Notes: a model not told the origin generated them from the letters alone. DNA of 64,000 bases from Anaerolineae bacterium (GCA_035341665.1 DAOQVR010000002.1:117626-181625); one strand, 5' to 3'; shown: positions 35,469 through 45,151, numbered from the stretch's first letter. Numbers and translations: made by a program.

Positions 35469-36116
35469 ATGGAGATTACCTGGTTTGGCCATTCCTGCTT
35501 CCGGCTGAGCGAGCGCGGCGTCGCGATCGTCACCGACCCCTTCTCGGAGGAGCTAGGGTATGCCCGGCCGCGCATCCGTGCGGACGTCGTGACGGTCAGC
35601 CACGACCACCCCGGGCACAACCACCGCATCGGCTTTCGCGGCGGCCCGCGTTTCTTCGACGGCCCGGGCGAGTACGAGGTGAAGGATGTCTTCATCACCG
35701 GCATCGCCACCTACCATGATGCCAAGCACGGCACAGTGCGGGGGCGGAACCTGGTGTTCCTATTCGAATTCGGCGGACTGGGCGTCTGTCACCTGGGCGA
35801 TTTGGGGCACATCCCCGACCAGAAGCAGATCGAGGCGCTGAGCGACGTTGACGTGCTGCTGGTCCCCATCGGGGGCGTCCACACGCTCGATGCCGCCAAG
35901 GCCGCAGAGGTCATCAGCCTGATCGAGCCAGAGATCGTCATCCCCATGCACTACAGCACGCCGATGGAGCAAGCCAAGTTGGAAGGGCTCGACAAGTTCT
36001 TCAAGCAGATGGGTCTGGCCCCCGTGCCCCCCCAGCCCAGCTTCTCCATCACCAAATCGGCGCTCCCGGACGAGACGCAAGTGGTGGTGCTGGAGTACAC
36101 CGCAGCAGCGGAGTAG
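35469..36116 (+). CDS. MBL-fold metal-dependent hydrolase (UPF0173-like)
   Basis: MEITWFGHSCFRL.. and VSHDHPGH motif. Confidence 0.8.
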   Translation: MEITWFGHSCFRLSERGVAIVTDPFSEELGYARPRIRADVVTVSHDHPGHNHRIGFRGGPRFFDGPGEYEVKDVFITGIATYHDAKHGTVRGRNLVFLFEFGGLGVCHLGDLGHIPDQKQIEALSDVDVLLVPIGGVHTLDAAKAAEVISLIEPEIVIPMHYSTPMEQAKLEGLDKFFKQMGLAPVPPQPSFSITKSALPDETQVVVLEYTAAAE

Positions 36117-36185
36117 ACGCGATCTTGACTCTCTCCCCCACGGGAGACGATCTCCACTCCTTCTAGCTGCCGCCGGTGGTCCGCA

Positions 36186-36977
36186 CTACGGCCCGCAGAG
36201 CCCGGCGTACTCCTCGGGCCGGCGGTCGGCCAGGACGTCGTTGCGAGGGGTCACCTTCTTGTTGCGCGCCAGGGCCACGTCGACCTCGGTAGCGCCCACT
36301 TCTTCCCCCTCCGCCGAGGCCTCCACAAGCACATCCCCCAATGGATCGGCCACCAGCGAGCGACCGGTGAAGGTGAGGTCTCCCTCAGTGCCGACCCGAT
36401 TGCCGGTCACGACGTAGATGCGGTTCACCAGCGCGTGGATGGGCACGCCGCGCTGCGCCAGCCCGGGCAGCACCAGGTTCGAGGGGTGGCAGACCACGTC
36501 CGCGCCCTTCAGCGCCAGGACGCGCCAAGCCTCGGGAAAGAGCCAGTCGAAGCATACGAGGATGCCGACCCGGCAGAGGCCGATGTCAAAGACAGGAAGG
36601 CCGGCATCGCCGGGTCGAAAGTGGTCCTTCTCATTGAGAAAGAGGTGCAGCTTCCGGTAGCGGCCGATCACGCCCTGCGGCCCGATGAGGACGGCCGAGT
36701 TGTAGAGGTCGATGCCGTCCCGCTCGTTGAAGCCGGTTACTACGTGCATGCGGCGCTCCCGGCAGACGGCCTCAAGGTGGCGCAGGAATACGCTGTCGGC
36801 AATCGACTCGGAGGTCTCCCATGCTTCGCGCTTCGAACGAAAGTTGTAGCCCGAGTTGCACAGCTCCGGGAGGACGAGGAGGTCGGCCTCGACGCCGGCC
36901 AAGAGACGGTCAATGGTGGTCAGCGTCGCCGGCAGGTCACCTAGGGCCGGCGCGAGCTGCACATATCCAATTCTCAC
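36186..36977 (-). CDS. Carbon-nitrogen hydrolase (nitrilase superfamily) protein
   Basis: GTG start after GGAGGAG. E-K-C triad contexts LLVLPEL, YRKLHLF, LVCFDWLFPE. Confidence 0.8.
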   Translation of the reverse strand: MRIGYVQLAPALGDLPATLTTIDRLLAGVEADLLVLPELCNSGYNFRSKREAWETSESIADSVFLRHLEAVCRERRMHVVTGFNERDGIDLYNSAVLIGPQGVIGRYRKLHLFLNEKDHFRPGDAGLPVFDIGLCRVGILVCFDWLFPEAWRVLALKGADVVCHPSNLVLPGLAQRGVPIHALVNRIYVVTGNRVGTEGDLTFTGRSLVADPLGDVLVEASAEGEEVGATEVDVALARNKKVTPRNDVLADRRPEEYAGLCGP

Positions 36978-37003
36978 CTTCTCCTCCTTTTCCTTCCCCT
37001 GGT

Positions 37004-37032
37004 TTGACAAGCCCCGGCCGCCATGGTACAAT
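37004..37032 (+). promoter_or_regulatory. sigma70-type promoter for tRNA-Glu
   Basis: TTGACA, 17 nt, TACAAT, 12 nt before the tRNA. Confidence 0.6.
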
Positions 37033-37044
37033 GCCCTTCGCCGT

Positions 37045-37120
37045 GGCGGATTCGTCTAGAGGCCTAGGATACCGCCCTCTCAAGGCAGAGACACGGGTTC
37101 GAATCCCGTATCCGCTACCA
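37045..37120 (+). tRNA. tRNA-Glu (anticodon CTC)
   Basis: Aligns position by position with canonical tRNA-Glu (TCGTCTAGAGGCCTAGGA D-arm). Anticodon loop CTCTCAA. CCA is encoded. One C-A mismatch in the anticodon stem and G1-U72. Confidence 0.85.
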
Positions 37121-37333
37121 CCACGGTGAGAGCACCAGCCCAGGCTGGTGCTTTTTCATTGGCCGCGAGGGCGAGCCATTCCCTCTCCACCTGCGCTAGC
37201 CGCCAGCGCCAGGGCCAATCGTAACGCAGAATCGGCGCGCGTCAAGTATAGGCCGGCGCATGTCCCCAAGGGGCGGGCACTCGGTTTGACCAGGACGGGC
37301 TTCGGGTGCCAAATACCAGGCCTGAGATTCACG

Positions 37334-38191
37334 ATGGACATTACGTTTTCCAGCGACATTGCCACCTTTCGACGGCGAGCATCTCCCTTGTTGGAAAGCC
37401 ACTGCGCTGTCAACAGCCTGAAACTCGGCATCCTTGAGTATTGCTGTGAACACAGGGAAGGAACTGATAACCAGGTGTTCGCCTTGGGCATCGAACGCGG
37501 CGAGGTGGTTGCCGTCTTTGCCCAGACGAGAAGCCTGTACTTTTACGCACGTGAGGCGCGCATCGATGAGGCTATCCACTGCGCTGTCGAGGCTTTCGTC
37601 AAGAGACAGATTGCCATACCGCGGGTGATGGGGTATGGAGACACCGCTCTACGGTTTGCCGAGTCCTGGAAAAGGCAGACGCACTCCGACGTCCTGTTTG
37701 CCGGCAAGGACTACCTGTACGAGATCACAAGCGTTCCGTGTGCGAGGCCCACAAGCGGGGCACTGCGCCGCGCTGTCCAAGAAGACATGCACGAGCTCGT
37801 ACCCCTCTTCGGCGAGTACTTCCGAGAAGACCTGGGCATCACCAGGACCGACCAAGACCTTGAACAAGACATCGTGAGGGTGCTGGCAGAGGATCAGGTG
37901 TACCTCTGGGACGATGGCGGCGCGAAAAGCATGGTGACGGCAATGCTTCCCTATGACGCCGGGGTGGAGTTGGCGAACGTCGCTACTCTCCGAGGACACA
38001 GAAGGATGGGCTACGCCACAGCATGTGTCGGCGAGGTCTGCCGGATCCTGCTGGCGCTCTATCCTCGCATCGTCTTGTTTGCTGACGTGGACAATGCACC
38101 GGCAAATTCGCTGTATACCAAGATCGGATTCCGTCTCGTCGATGAAATGAACTCCTATGAGCTATCGGCGCGCACACAAGGTCAGAACTAG
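37334..38191 (+). CDS. GNAT family N-acetyltransferase
   Basis: Start at MDITFSSD. ATLRGHRRMGYATACVGEV acetyl-CoA motif near the C-terminus. Confidence 0.65.
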   Translation: MDITFSSDIATFRRRASPLLESHCAVNSLKLGILEYCCEHREGTDNQVFALGIERGEVVAVFAQTRSLYFYAREARIDEAIHCAVEAFVKRQIAIPRVMGYGDTALRFAESWKRQTHSDVLFAGKDYLYEITSVPCARPTSGALRRAVQEDMHELVPLFGEYFREDLGITRTDQDLEQDIVRVLAEDQVYLWDDGGAKSMVTAMLPYDAGVELANVATLRGHRRMGYATACVGEVCRILLALYPRIVLFADVDNAPANSLYTKIGFRLVDEMNSYELSARTQGQN

Positions 38192-38236
38192 AGCTCGAAG
38201 CGGCGAAACATCGAGGTCACGACCAAGGAGAACCCC

Positions 38237-39622
38237 ATGATTGACCATGAGAACCCCGAAGCCATCCCCGACGCGCACTTTCGTGCCGTCCAAGACTGGG
38301 TGGAGCAGGAGATGGCGCAGCAGCCCATACCGGGTGCTGTGGTCGGCGTGCTGCACGAGGGCCGTGCGCTGGTCGCCGCCTTCGGCACGACGAGCGTTGA
38401 GCACCCGCTGCCCGTTTCGGAGGAGACGCTCTTCCAGGTCGGCTCGATCACGAAAACCTTCGTGGCGACGGCCGCCCTGCGGCTGGTGGAGGCGGGCAAG
38501 ATCGAGCTGGACACGCCCATCCGTTCCTACCTGCCCGAGCTCAAGCTCGCGGACGAATCGGTCGCGGCGCGCGTCACCCTGCGCCACCTGCTGACCCACA
38601 CCGGCGGCTGGATGGGCGACTACTTCAACGATTTCGGCATGGGTGATGACGCCCTGGCCCGGATGGTAGCCGCGATGGCCGGACTGCCGCAGCTCACGCC
38701 ACTGGGCGAGGTCTGGTCCTACAACAACGCGGGCTTTTACCTGGCCGGGCGAGTGCTGGAGGTGGTGACCGGCACGCCGTTCGAGAAGGCAATCCAGGGC
38801 CTGGTGCTCAACCCGCTGGGCCTCCGCCAGTCCTTCTTCTTCCCGCACGACGTCATCACGCACCGCTTTGCCGTGGGGCACGAGGTGGTAGATGGCAAGC
38901 CCCAGGTAGCCCGACCCTGGGCTGTCGGGCGCGCGGTGCACCCGGCGGGCGGCCTGGTCTGCACCGCCGCCGATCTGCTGCGCTACGCACGCTTTCACAT
39001 GGGCGATGGGACGGCGCCGGACGGGGCGCGCCTGCTCTTCCCCGAGTCCCTGGCGGCGATGCAGACACCGCAGCTGCCCTCCACGGGCATCAGCGAGTGC
39101 GGGCTGAGTTGGAGCATCATGACGGTAGATGGGGCCAGGATGATTGGCCACGGCGGCGGGACAAAGGGCCAGGTGAGCTATCTGAGGATCGTTCCCTCGC
39201 GCCAGTTTGCCGTGGTCGCCCTGACGAACAGCGAGGAGGGCGACCCGCTGACCTACGGCGTCGCGAACTGGGCGACGAAGGAATACCTGGGCCTCGAGCT
39301 GCCCGAGGCACTGCCACTCGACCTGCCGGAGGAGGCGCTCCGGCCATACGCCGGGCGATACGACTCGGCGGCGGCTGCCCTGGAGCTTGTCCTGCGCGAC
39401 GGGACACTGGTGCTGCAGGTCACGAACAAAGGGGGCTTCCCGACACCTGACTGCCCGCCGCTCTCGGCGCCCCCGCCGACGCGTGCGGCGCTCTACGCAG
39501 AGGACCGGCTGGTTCTACTGGATGGGTCCTTCAAAGGGGACCGCGGTGAATTCCTGCGGAGCGCGGACGGATGCATCGCCTGGCTGCGACTGGGCGGACG
39601 CGTGCACGCACGCCTGGGGTGA
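38237..39622 (+). CDS. Serine hydrolase, beta-lactamase/PBP4* family
   Basis: SITK (SxxK), YNNAG (YxN) and HGGGTKG motifs. Confidence 0.85.
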   Translation: MIDHENPEAIPDAHFRAVQDWVEQEMAQQPIPGAVVGVLHEGRALVAAFGTTSVEHPLPVSEETLFQVGSITKTFVATAALRLVEAGKIELDTPIRSYLPELKLADESVAARVTLRHLLTHTGGWMGDYFNDFGMGDDALARMVAAMAGLPQLTPLGEVWSYNNAGFYLAGRVLEVVTGTPFEKAIQGLVLNPLGLRQSFFFPHDVITHRFAVGHEVVDGKPQVARPWAVGRAVHPAGGLVCTAADLLRYARFHMGDGTAPDGARLLFPESLAAMQTPQLPSTGISECGLSWSIMTVDGARMIGHGGGTKGQVSYLRIVPSRQFAVVALTNSEEGDPLTYGVANWATKEYLGLELPEALPLDLPEEALRPYAGRYDSAAAALELVLRDGTLVLQVTNKGGFPTPDCPPLSAPPPTRAALYAEDRLVLLDGSFKGDRGEFLRSADGCIAWLRLGGRVHARLG

Positions 39623-39634
39623 GGCCTCCTCCTT

Positions 39635-42600
39635 CTACAGCGAGATGACCTCTTCGGCCTGGACGAACAGCTCGCCCGCCCGGTCGACCTGGACGCGGCC
39701 GGTGGCCCAGTAGGGCCCGAGCCGGCCCAACGAGCCGGGGCGCAGGCGGCGGCCGGGCGGCTGGTGCAGCGAGAAAAAACCCGTCTCATCCCCCAGCAAG
39801 AGCTGCCCCCGGCGCTCGCCCCAGACGCTGAGGCGCGCACCGGCCACGGCGACGCGCTCGCCGGCGTGCCGCGCCAGGAGGTCGCTGCCGGTCACCCCGT
39901 GGGCGGCCAGCGCCCCGGCAAAGGGCGCCAGCGGATGTGCGCTGACCGGCCAGTCGAGCATCTCCAACTCGAGGAGGAGGCGCTCCAGCAAGGTATCCTC
40001 CGGCTCGGCGGCTGCCTCACCCCACAGGGGCAGCGCCAGTTGGAGCGGTGTACCGGGCGACCGATCCTTGAGCTCGGAAAGGAGAGCCCGGCGGCTCGGC
40101 GCAAGCCCGTCAAGAGCCCCGGCCTTCGCCAGGTTCTCCGCCTCGCCGGGCCGAGGGTGCGCCCGCCGCAGAAGATCGTCCAGCGACTCAAAGGGCCGCT
40201 CCCTCCGCGCCTCGAGGATGGCGGCGATGGTCCGGCGCGTCAGTTCCCGCACCTGGCTGAGCCCCATCCAGAGGACGGGGGCGCCGCTCGGGCTGCGCGC
40301 CAGGTCAAAGCGCGTGCCACTGTAGTTGACGTGGGGCGGCCGCACCTCCAGGCCCAGCCGGCGTGCCTCTTCAAGGTAAACGTGCTGCGGGTAGTAGCCC
40401 CCCCAGTTACGCAGGAGCGCCGTCATGAACTCGGGTGTATGGTGCGCTTTCAGGTAGGCGGTCTGGTAGGCGACACCGGCATAGCTGGCCGCGTGCGCCT
40501 TGAGAAAGCCGTATCCGGCGAACGACTCCATGAGCTCCCAGAGGCGCGCCGCAACCTCCCCCGGCATCCGGCTCACCTCGCCGGCGCGGCGGATGAACCC
40601 CTCCCGCAGCGGTGCGAGCTCCCTACCATGCCCCAGGTGGGCAATGCCCCGCCGCAGGCGGTCCGCCTCTCCCAGAGAAAAGCCGGCCAAGTCGTGCGCG
40701 ATTCGCAGTACCTGCTCCTGGTAGAGGACGACGCCGTGCGTCGAGCGCAGGATCGGCTCCAAAGCTGGATGGAGGTAGCGGGTAGTCTCCTGGCCGCGGT
40801 GGCGCCGGACAAACGCATCCTTGAGTCCACCCTGCAGCGGGCCGGGCTTGAAGAGGGCCAGTGCCACCGTCACGTCCTCGATGCCGCGCGCGCCCAGCTC
40901 GCGCAGGGTGCGGCGCATGCCGGGTGACTCGGTCTGGAAGCAGCCGATCGAGTCCGCACGCTCCAGCAGGTCGCCGGTAGCCGGGTCGCCGTCGCGGATC
41001 GGCTCGCGGGCAAACGCCGGCTCGCGGCGCCGCACCAGGGCAACCGCCTCGGCGACCACCGTCAGTGCGCGGACGCCCAGCATGTCGAACTTGACCAACC
41101 CGAGGCGCTCGATGCCGTGCAAGTCGTACTGGGTGATCACCACCCCCTTGGTGGCGAGCTGAAGCGGCACGCGGTCGGTGAGCGGTCCTGGTGCGATCAC
41201 CATGCCCCCCGGGTGCACCGACAGGTGGTGCGGGTAGCCGTCCAGCGCCCAGGCCTCGGTCAAAGCTTCCCGCTCCCTTCCGTCCGCAGCCGCAGCCAGC
41301 AACCGCTCCCTAGAGCGCTCGATCTCATCACTCATGCCCGGGTGCCAGAAGTGCGGGATGTCGCGGGCGATCGCCTCGATCCTCTCCTGCGGCAGGCGGT
41401 AGGCCTTGGCGACGTCGCGCCAGGCAGAGCGCGCCCGCACGCGGGAGTAGGTACAGATCGTGGCGACGCGCTCCTCGCCGAAGCGGCGATAGATGTAGCG
41501 GATGACCTCCTCACGGCGGCGCGAGCAGAGGTCGAGGTCGATGTCCGGCGGGTCGCGGCGCTCCGGGTTGAGGAACCGCTCGAAGTAGAGGTCGAGGGCC
41601 ACGGGATCGACGGCGGAGATGTCGAGGCAGTAGGCGACCAGGCTGCTGCCGGCCGATCCGCGCAGGTTGACCGGCACATCGTGCTCGTGGGCATACGCGA
41701 CCACGTCGGCGACGATCAGGAAGAGGGGCGCATAGCCCATGCCGTCGATGACGTCCAGCTCATGGTCGAGCCGCGCGCGGACGGCCTCGGAGAGGCGCCC
41801 GTATCGCCTTTCGGCGCCGGCCAGCGACCGAGCGCGCAGGACGTCGCCGGCGCGCTGGCCCGGCGCAAGATCCATCTCGGGGAAGACGGGACGCCCCAGC
41901 GGCAGCTCAAAGGCGCAGCGTGCCGCGACCTGCACGCTGTTGGCCAGCGCCTCGGGAAAGTCGACAAATGCCGCCGCCATCTCGCCCCGGGCGGCAAGGT
42001 GCAGGCCTGGCCGGGGCGGCATCTCGTCCAGGGCGTGCTGTCGGCCCATAGCACTTAGAAGCCGGCAGCGGAGCGCCTGCGTCGGATCTGGGTAGTGCAC
42101 ATTGTTGGTGGCGACGGTTCCGAGCCGGAGGCTGGTGGCCAGGCTAGATAGGCGATGCACGACTTCGAGGTCGCCCGGTGCCTGCACTTGCAGCTCCAGG
42201 AAGAAGCTGTCGCACCCAAAGCGCTCCGCATAGCCGGCAGCGGCGGACCTGGCCTCCTCTTCCTCGCCCGAGCGCACCAGGCGGTCGATTCGGCCGCGCC
42301 TTCCTCCGCTGAGGGCGATGAGGCCCGCGGTGTACCCCTCCAGCCTGGCCAACGGCAGGCCGCGTTGGAGCGCGGCCTCGCGGTCAGGCCGTGTCTGGAG
42401 CGCGCTCGAGAGGCGGCAAAGGTTGGCGTAGCCCTCGCAGTCCCGGGCAAGCAGCACAAGGGAGTCGGTGCCGGCAGCCCCAGCATCCACCGTCAGCTCC
42501 ATGCCGAGAACGGGCTGGATGCCGGCCTCCCGGCAGGCATCGTAGAACTCGACGGCTCCGTACAGGGCATCGTGGTCGGTGAGGGCGAGCGCCTGCATGC

Positions 42601-42694
42601 CGGCCCGCGCAGCGGCCCGCGCCAGCTCGGCCGGCGCGGCGCAGCCATCCAGCAAGCTGTAGTAGGAGTGCACGTGCAGATGCGCGAAGGACAT
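39635..42694 (-). CDS. dnaE: DNA polymerase III alpha subunit family protein (short, 1019 aa)
   Basis: PHP domain FAHLHVHSYYSLLDG, then palm/fingers and HhH regions. Roughly 140 aa shorter than typical DnaE1. Confidence 0.85.
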   Translation of the reverse strand: MSFAHLHVHSYYSLLDGCAAPAELARAAARAGMQALALTDHDALYGAVEFYDACREAGIQPVLGMELTVDAGAAGTDSLVLLARDCEGYANLCRLSSALQTRPDREAALQRGLPLARLEGYTAGLIALSGGRRGRIDRLVRSGEEEEARSAAAGYAERFGCDSFFLELQVQAPGDLEVVHRLSSLATSLRLGTVATNNVHYPDPTQALRCRLLSAMGRQHALDEMPPRPGLHLAARGEMAAAFVDFPEALANSVQVAARCAFELPLGRPVFPEMDLAPGQRAGDVLRARSLAGAERRYGRLSEAVRARLDHELDVIDGMGYAPLFLIVADVVAYAHEHDVPVNLRGSAGSSLVAYCLDISAVDPVALDLYFERFLNPERRDPPDIDLDLCSRRREEVIRYIYRRFGEERVATICTYSRVRARSAWRDVAKAYRLPQERIEAIARDIPHFWHPGMSDEIERSRERLLAAAADGREREALTEAWALDGYPHHLSVHPGGMVIAPGPLTDRVPLQLATKGVVITQYDLHGIERLGLVKFDMLGVRALTVVAEAVALVRRREPAFAREPIRDGDPATGDLLERADSIGCFQTESPGMRRTLRELGARGIEDVTVALALFKPGPLQGGLKDAFVRRHRGQETTRYLHPALEPILRSTHGVVLYQEQVLRIAHDLAGFSLGEADRLRRGIAHLGHGRELAPLREGFIRRAGEVSRMPGEVAARLWELMESFAGYGFLKAHAASYAGVAYQTAYLKAHHTPEFMTALLRNWGGYYPQHVYLEEARRLGLEVRPPHVNYSGTRFDLARSPSGAPVLWMGLSQVRELTRRTIAAILEARRERPFESLDDLLRRAHPRPGEAENLAKAGALDGLAPSRRALLSELKDRSPGTPLQLALPLWGEAAAEPEDTLLERLLLELEMLDWPVSAHPLAPFAGALAAHGVTGSDLLARHAGERVAVAGARLSVWGERRGQLLLGDETGFFSLHQPPGRRLRPGSLGRLGPYWATGRVQVDRAGELFVQAEEVISL

Positions 42695-42978
42695 CAGAGC
42701 ATCTCGATCTCGTACGAAATGAGGACCAGGTCGCCGCCGTTCTCCTCGATCCAGCGCACCACCCGCTCAAGGAGGCCGTGGGCATAAGCCGCGCTGGACG
42801 AGACGCAGGCGACTCCGAGGACGGCGCGCTGCCACGAGTCCTGGGCACCGACCTCGGCGATGGAGACGTTGAACTCGCGCCCGGCGCGCGCGAGCACCGA
42901 CTTGACGATGCTCCGCTTGCCCTTGAGCGATCCATTTCCGGGCAGGTGCAGCTCGATCGTGCAGACGCCGATATGCAT
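42694..42978 (-). CDS. DUF503 (YlxP-like) protein
   Basis: MHIGVCTIELHLPGNGSLKGKRSIVKSV.. is the DUF503 signature. Its stop TGA shares one nt with the dnaE ATG. Confidence 0.75.
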   Translation of the reverse strand: MHIGVCTIELHLPGNGSLKGKRSIVKSVLARAGREFNVSIAEVGAQDSWQRAVLGVACVSSSAAYAHGLLERVVRWIEENGGDLVLISYEIEML

Positions 42979-43110
42979 GGTGGGCGCTCCTCGTTGCTCC
43001 GGGGCATTGTACCACACGGAGCGAGGGGCATGGAAAGCGGCCGGCCACACGAGCATAGCCGGAGCCCGGCGCAGCCCGTTCAAGCCTCGCGGATGATGGC
43101 AGCCGCGCGC

Positions 43111-43929
43111 TCAGGAAGTGTGCGCGCTACCCAGGCTGGCGTACCGCCCGGCGCGCAGCTCCGCTGCCCGGGCGAGCTCGGCCCGCGTCAGATCGCCCTG
43201 GACCAGCGTCAGGGTCAGTGCCTCGGCGAACCCTGCCGCGAGCGCGGCAGCCGCCTCGGCCAGAGGCACCGCCCGGCCCAGCGCCTCCTCCAGCGTGATC
43301 CCCCGCGACCGGACTGCCTGCCGCAGCGTCTCCCGCTCGGCCTGGGGCAGCGCCAGCAGGTCGGCGATGCGGCCCAGGTCGCCCCGCACCGGCAGGCTGC
43401 CGTGCTGCAGGACGCCGCCTCGACCCCGCCACTGCGCGCTGCCTGCAACTTTACGGCCTCCGGCCGTGATCTCGTGCGTGGAGGGTACCTCGAAGCAGGC
43501 TGGCCCGGTCTCTCCCTGCCTGCGGCACCCCTGGCCGGCGGGCCCGGCGTCCACCCCCAGCCTGCGCAGCCCCGCCAGCAGCCCTTCGCTCAGCCTCCGG
43601 TAGCCCTCCATCACGTCGGCTGCGGCGCGCGGGTCACTCGCCGGCAGGGCGACGGAGTAGGTCAGCTCGTCCGTGTGCAGGATCGCCCGCCCTCCGGTAG
43701 GCCGGCGCACGACGTCGGCTCCCGCGGCCCGGCATGCCTCCAGGTCAATGTCCGAGAGGGGCTGGTTGCGCCCCAGGCTGAGGCAGGGCGGCGCCCAAGC
43801 GTAGAGGCGCAGCGTCGGCAGCGACCGCCCTCCGGCCACGGCGCCGAGGATCGCCTCGTCGATTGCCATGTTCGTGGCGCCGCCCGCCTCCCCATGGACG
43901 ATCAGCCTCCACTCAGACCGGGTATACAC
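43111..43929 (-). CDS. Lipoate-protein ligase/octanoyltransferase family protein (LipM/LplA catalytic domain only)
   Basis: NMAIDEAIL, LRLYAW.PPCLSLG and VVRRPTGGRAILHTDELTYS align closely with B. subtilis LipM as I recall it. Confidence 0.75.
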   Translation of the reverse strand: MYTRSEWRLIVHGEAGGATNMAIDEAILGAVAGGRSLPTLRLYAWAPPCLSLGRNQPLSDIDLEACRAAGADVVRRPTGGRAILHTDELTYSVALPASDPRAAADVMEGYRRLSEGLLAGLRRLGVDAGPAGQGCRRQGETGPACFEVPSTHEITAGGRKVAGSAQWRGRGGVLQHGSLPVRGDLGRIADLLALPQAERETLRQAVRSRGITLEEALGRAVPLAEAAAALAAGFAEALTLTLVQGDLTRAELARAAELRAGRYASLGSAHTS

Positions 43930-43936
43930 GCCAGCC

Positions 43937-44914
43937 TCACCTATCGTCCCTGGACCCTCGCCCCTCGTCCGCTTGGCCCACCTCGGCCAACGCCCGTGCA
44001 GCCTCCTCCGGCGTCAGCGGACGTGGGTAGTTGTAGAGGGTGCCGCCCGGCCGCTCGTTGTAGTAAGGCCGGTTGCAGTCGGGACAGCCTGACGTCCGGA
44101 AGGGGCTGCCGTCGTGCGGCAGGGCAGCGCCGAAGCCAACCAGGCGCCCATCCGCTTCGAACTGCATCTTCTCCAAGCGCGACTCACCATGTGCGATGAG
44201 CCACTGCGCCGCCTGCAGGCGGCGGTAGGACGCGACCGCCGGCGCAGGCCTCTTCGCCAGCCGGGTGCCCGGCACGGGCGTGAAGGCAAACAGGCCGGTG
44301 GTCACACCCAGGTCATAAGCCCACTGGATGCGCTCGACGAGCTCGCGCTCTGTTTCGCCGAGCCCGGCGATCAGGTGCACGGCCGCGCGCCCCGGAAAGG
44401 CCTGCGCAGTCTGCTCGATCAGCACCAGGCTGCGCTCCCAGCGGCCCCCCTTCACCTGGCGAAAGATGCGCTCGCAGGCCGCATCCAGCCCAAAGCCTAT
44501 ATGGTCGGCGCCCGCCCTCACCAACGCCCGCACCTGGTCGACGTCGCGGGGCAAAATTGCCAGGTCAAAGGGAACCTCGCACACGGCCTTGACCGCGCGA
44601 AGCACGGCGAGTGCCTCCTGCGGAGCCGCGGCAGAGGCCGTCACCTGCAGGCAAGCTCGGAGGAGGGTGCCGCGGCCGGCGGTCATGCGCAGCCGCTCGA
44701 CAACGGCCCAGAGCGGGAACTCGGGCCACGTGACCCGCGAGAGCTGCAGGGCGCCTGCGCGGCTGTCGCGCGCCTGGGCGCAGAAAGCGCAGTCGAGTCG
44801 GCAGCGCCCACCAAGCATCAGGTAGGCCGTCGTCGGTAGGCAGGCCACCGGCGCATCGGCCAGGCCGAGCACCACGGCGGTGCCAAGGGACACGTTGACA
44901 GATTCGGGCTGCAT
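43937..44914 (-). CDS. Radical SAM protein (not canonical LipA; BioB/LipS-like)
   Basis: CRLDCAFC (CxxxCxxC) near the N-terminus, TIM-barrel length, C-terminal GCPDCNRPYYNERP motif. 7 nt upstream of the ligase gene. Confidence 0.7.
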   Translation of the reverse strand: MQPESVNVSLGTAVVLGLADAPVACLPTTAYLMLGGRCRLDCAFCAQARDSRAGALQLSRVTWPEFPLWAVVERLRMTAGRGTLLRACLQVTASAAAPQEALAVLRAVKAVCEVPFDLAILPRDVDQVRALVRAGADHIGFGLDAACERIFRQVKGGRWERSLVLIEQTAQAFPGRAAVHLIAGLGETERELVERIQWAYDLGVTTGLFAFTPVPGTRLAKRPAPAVASYRRLQAAQWLIAHGESRLEKMQFEADGRLVGFGAALPHDGSPFRTSGCPDCNRPYYNERPGGTLYNYPRPLTPEEAARALAEVGQADEGRGSRDDR

Positions 44915-45114
44915 AGGTCGCTCCGGGGACGATTTTAGCGCAGACAGAGGGCCAAGTCAACCTGATCGGTGCGTGCCCCAGGAGCCATCCCCTCCCATGC
45001 CCCCACCTCTTCCGTAGTACAGGGCCCAGCGCCCATCCGCTCCGTAGTGCAGAGCCTTGTGCCCGTCCAAGCACGCACCAAATTCACACACTACTCACAC
45101 ACGGCCGCACGATA

Positions 45115-45143
45115 TTTGGCCATGTGACATTTCGTGGTAGAAT
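45115..45143 (+). promoter_or_regulatory. sigma70-type promoter giving a leaderless or near-leaderless add mRNA
   Basis: TTTGGC, 17 nt, TAGAAT with TGg extended -10. The ATG at 45152 lies 8 nt after the -10. Confidence 0.4.
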
Positions 45144-45151
45144 GCGTGCCC

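Noticed and set aside
39635-42694. Calling the polymerase DnaE2/ImuC of an SOS mutasome
   Set aside because: No imuA/imuB-like genes are adjacent, the PHP motif looks DnaE1-like, and length alone is insufficient. Left as a DnaE-family protein.
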